64,000 nucleotides of DNA from contig NC_042998.1 of the NCBI RefSeq assembly GCF_006345805.1, positions 204,290,001 through 204,354,000 of the forward strand. Reading direction: 5' to 3'. Both the position numbers and the translations under genes were made by a program. This stretch comes from Octopus sinensis. Taxonomy: Eukaryota. Shown in pieces: positions 61,915 to 64,000 of the stretch. Within the stretch, counting starts at the first letter, position 1. Each line of letters opens with the position of its first letter. Under the pieces are notes generated by a model. It searched no databases. It had not been told where the DNA came from and saw only the letters and a program-made list of their open reading frames with translations.

Positions 61915-62370
61915 CACACTAATGGTGGAGGGGGCAGAGGTAGACCCAGGAAGACATGGGTTGAAGTGTTAAACCATGATCTTCGAATGTTGGGCCTCAC
62001 GGAGGCAATGACGAATGACCGAGACGTTTGTTGATGTAGCACATTGGGCGATATGCTGTGCTTGAGAAGACCTGCCAAGCCAAGTGAAATGGTGGCCATG
62101 GCCAATGCCAGTGCCGTCTGACTGGCATGTAAAACGCACTGTTTGAATGTTGGACCTCACGGAGGCAGTGACAGGTGACCGAAACCTTTGGCATACACTG
62201 TTGGAGTGGTCGGCATTAGGAAGGGCATCCAGCTGTAGAAACCTTGGAACCTGGTGCAGCTCCTCAGATTGGAATCAGATTGGAGCCTGGTGCAGCTCTT
62301 CGGTTGACCAGTTTTCAGTCGAACTGTTTGAACCCTAGAAAACATGGAAAGCAGACATTAAACGATGATT
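61915..62370 (+). mobile_element. RTE LINE 3' end copy with duplicated ORF end
   Basis: GRGRPRKTW-coding segment, then a second ttggacctcacggaggcagtgac copy, then the tail. Confidence 0.85.
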
Positions 62371-62734
62371 AGACTGCAACCATGCTGGGAAGGTTTTGAC
62401 CAAATGAATCCACCCCAGACCTTCCATTCTGGTTTTTTAAAGCCTGATATTTTTATCAGTCACTTTTGCCACACCATTTGTGAAGCAGTGGTGGGGACAA
62501 TCAGAGATTTAACCACCACACACACACACATACACATACAACAGGCTTCTTTCAGTTTCCATCTTCCGAATCCACTCACAAGGCTTTGGTCGGTTTGCGG
62601 CTATAATAGAAGACACTTGGCCAAGGTGCCACACTGTGAGACTGAACCTGGAACCATGTGGTTGGGAAGCTAGCCACATGGCCACACCTGCATATACATA
62701 TCAAATATACAACTCAAATATACATGCATGCATA

Positions 62735-63033
62735 TCTTTATATATAAAAGTGAGGTTGTGTGCTGTCTGTCTCCTACGATTTAGATTCCTAACTACTCCC
62801 ACATTTTGCGGTGCAGTGTAACCAAAAGCGGGTATCTTATAGTCGTGATTCATATTGAGCCCTTCTGGGTATTAGCGCACGTCTACAATGAGTCTACAAT
62901 TTTTTTTTTAATTTACCATCATTTTTTTCCATTTTTAATGCATTTTTTTGCTATTTTTTGGCTATAACTCTCTAGAAATGCTTATATAGTTATTTCCCTT
63001 ACAAACCTGAGCAACGCCGGGTGATACTGCTAG
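62735..63033 (+). mobile_element. Non-autonomous Helitron, family H2
   Basis: A|TC start, aaacctgagcaacgccgggtgatactg-CTAG|T end; the internal sequence looks unrelated to H1. Confidence 0.8.
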
Positions 63034-63639
63034 TATATATATAAATATACACACACACTACACACCCAGACATCTCACAGTCTGATTAAGTGAATGTAGA
63101 TGGGGGTTGTGGGGAAGACAACATTGAGTCTAAAACAGCTGAAATATTTACATCCATCCAGCAACAGTAGTAGTAGTAGTAGTAGTAGTAGCAGCAGCAG
63201 CAGCAGCAGAATTGTGTTCTCTGAGAGTCTTTCTTGTCATTTTGTTTTCTGCCACTGCTGCTTGGTGCCTTCTACCATTTGAGAAATTGTTGGCTTTCTG
63301 CTGCTACTACTACTACTACTACTCTATGTAATCTAATAGTGTTACTAGTTAATCCTCCCCCCCCCCCACCCCCACTGCTGCTGCCTCTCTCTCTCTCCTT
63401 CTCTCTCTCTCTCTCCCTCCCTCCCTCCCTCTCTCCTGTCTCTCGTAATTCTATACTCTCTATTCCTCTGGACTCCTGCATTCAAACAATACCATCTTAC
63501 CATCTTCTCACAGACAAATTCATCCAGCCTCCTCATCTGTTCCTTCCTCTCAACTCTCTCACATCAATTCCCCATCAAAACACTCAAAGCACCTTTTGTG
63601 CTTCTCTGCCTTTCACTTGTTTCAATTATTAAACTGTGA

Positions 63640-63965
63640 CCAAGCTGGAGCACCACCTTCAATTATTCTTTCTAGTCAAACAAATCGACCCCCCCTCCAG
63701 TATTTTTTTTTTTGCAAGCCTGGTACTTATTCTATCAGTCTCATTTGCTGAACCACTAAGTTACAGTGGCGTAAACAAGCACAAAGACATGCTCACAGGT
63801 ATTTATGTATGACAGGCTTCTTTCAGTTTCCGTCTACTATATCCACTCCCAAACCTTTGGTCAGCCCAAGGCTATGAGATGAAGACTCTTGCCCAAGGTG
63901 CCATTCATTGGGACTGAACCCGGAACCATGTGGTGGGAGACAAACTTCTTTACCATACAACCACA
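63640..63965 (-). mobile_element. SINE family B
   Basis: gctggagcaccacc..ggcttctttcagtttccgtctac..gggactgaacccggaaccatgtgg. Confidence 0.85.
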
Positions 63966-64000
63966 CCTATGTGTGTGTGTGTGTGTGTGTGTGAGGCAGA

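Overview
This is repeat-saturated, AT-rich animal genomic DNA. The SINE families, the (GAT)n-tailed LINE and the microsatellite load point to a coleoid cephalopod, probably Octopus (inference). I cannot support any host protein-coding gene, tRNA, rRNA or CRISPR array; almost all listed ORFs are microsatellite or antisense artefacts. The only long real coding sequence is a 5'-truncated but young RTE-clade LINE (about 20359-23031, +). It has a YADD reverse transcriptase, a C4HC3 PHD-like finger inside the RT, one frameshift and a modular 3'UTR. About 30 short copies of its 3' tail are scattered on both strands. Also present are four R4/Dong-like restriction-endonuclease retrotransposon fragments next to TAA/AAT-rich tracts, other RTE remnants (one with tandem C2H2 fingers), a mariner transposase remnant, five non-autonomous Helitrons, TTAA- and TA-flanked MITEs and several tRNA-derived SINE families. 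The most interesting signals are: (1) a tRNA-headed element carrying a Penelope-type hammerhead core (476-707), plus three further hammerhead-like motifs; (2) a fold-back palindrome centred on an RTE tail (35786-36005); (3) a recursive-splice-site-like AG|GTAAGT (36346); (4) a pri-miRNA-sized hairpin (61733-61813); (5) an internally deleted RTE-like insert with a TSD inside a MITE (47413-47835). Repeat boundaries were read by eye and are approximate; family names need a Repbase/Dfam check.
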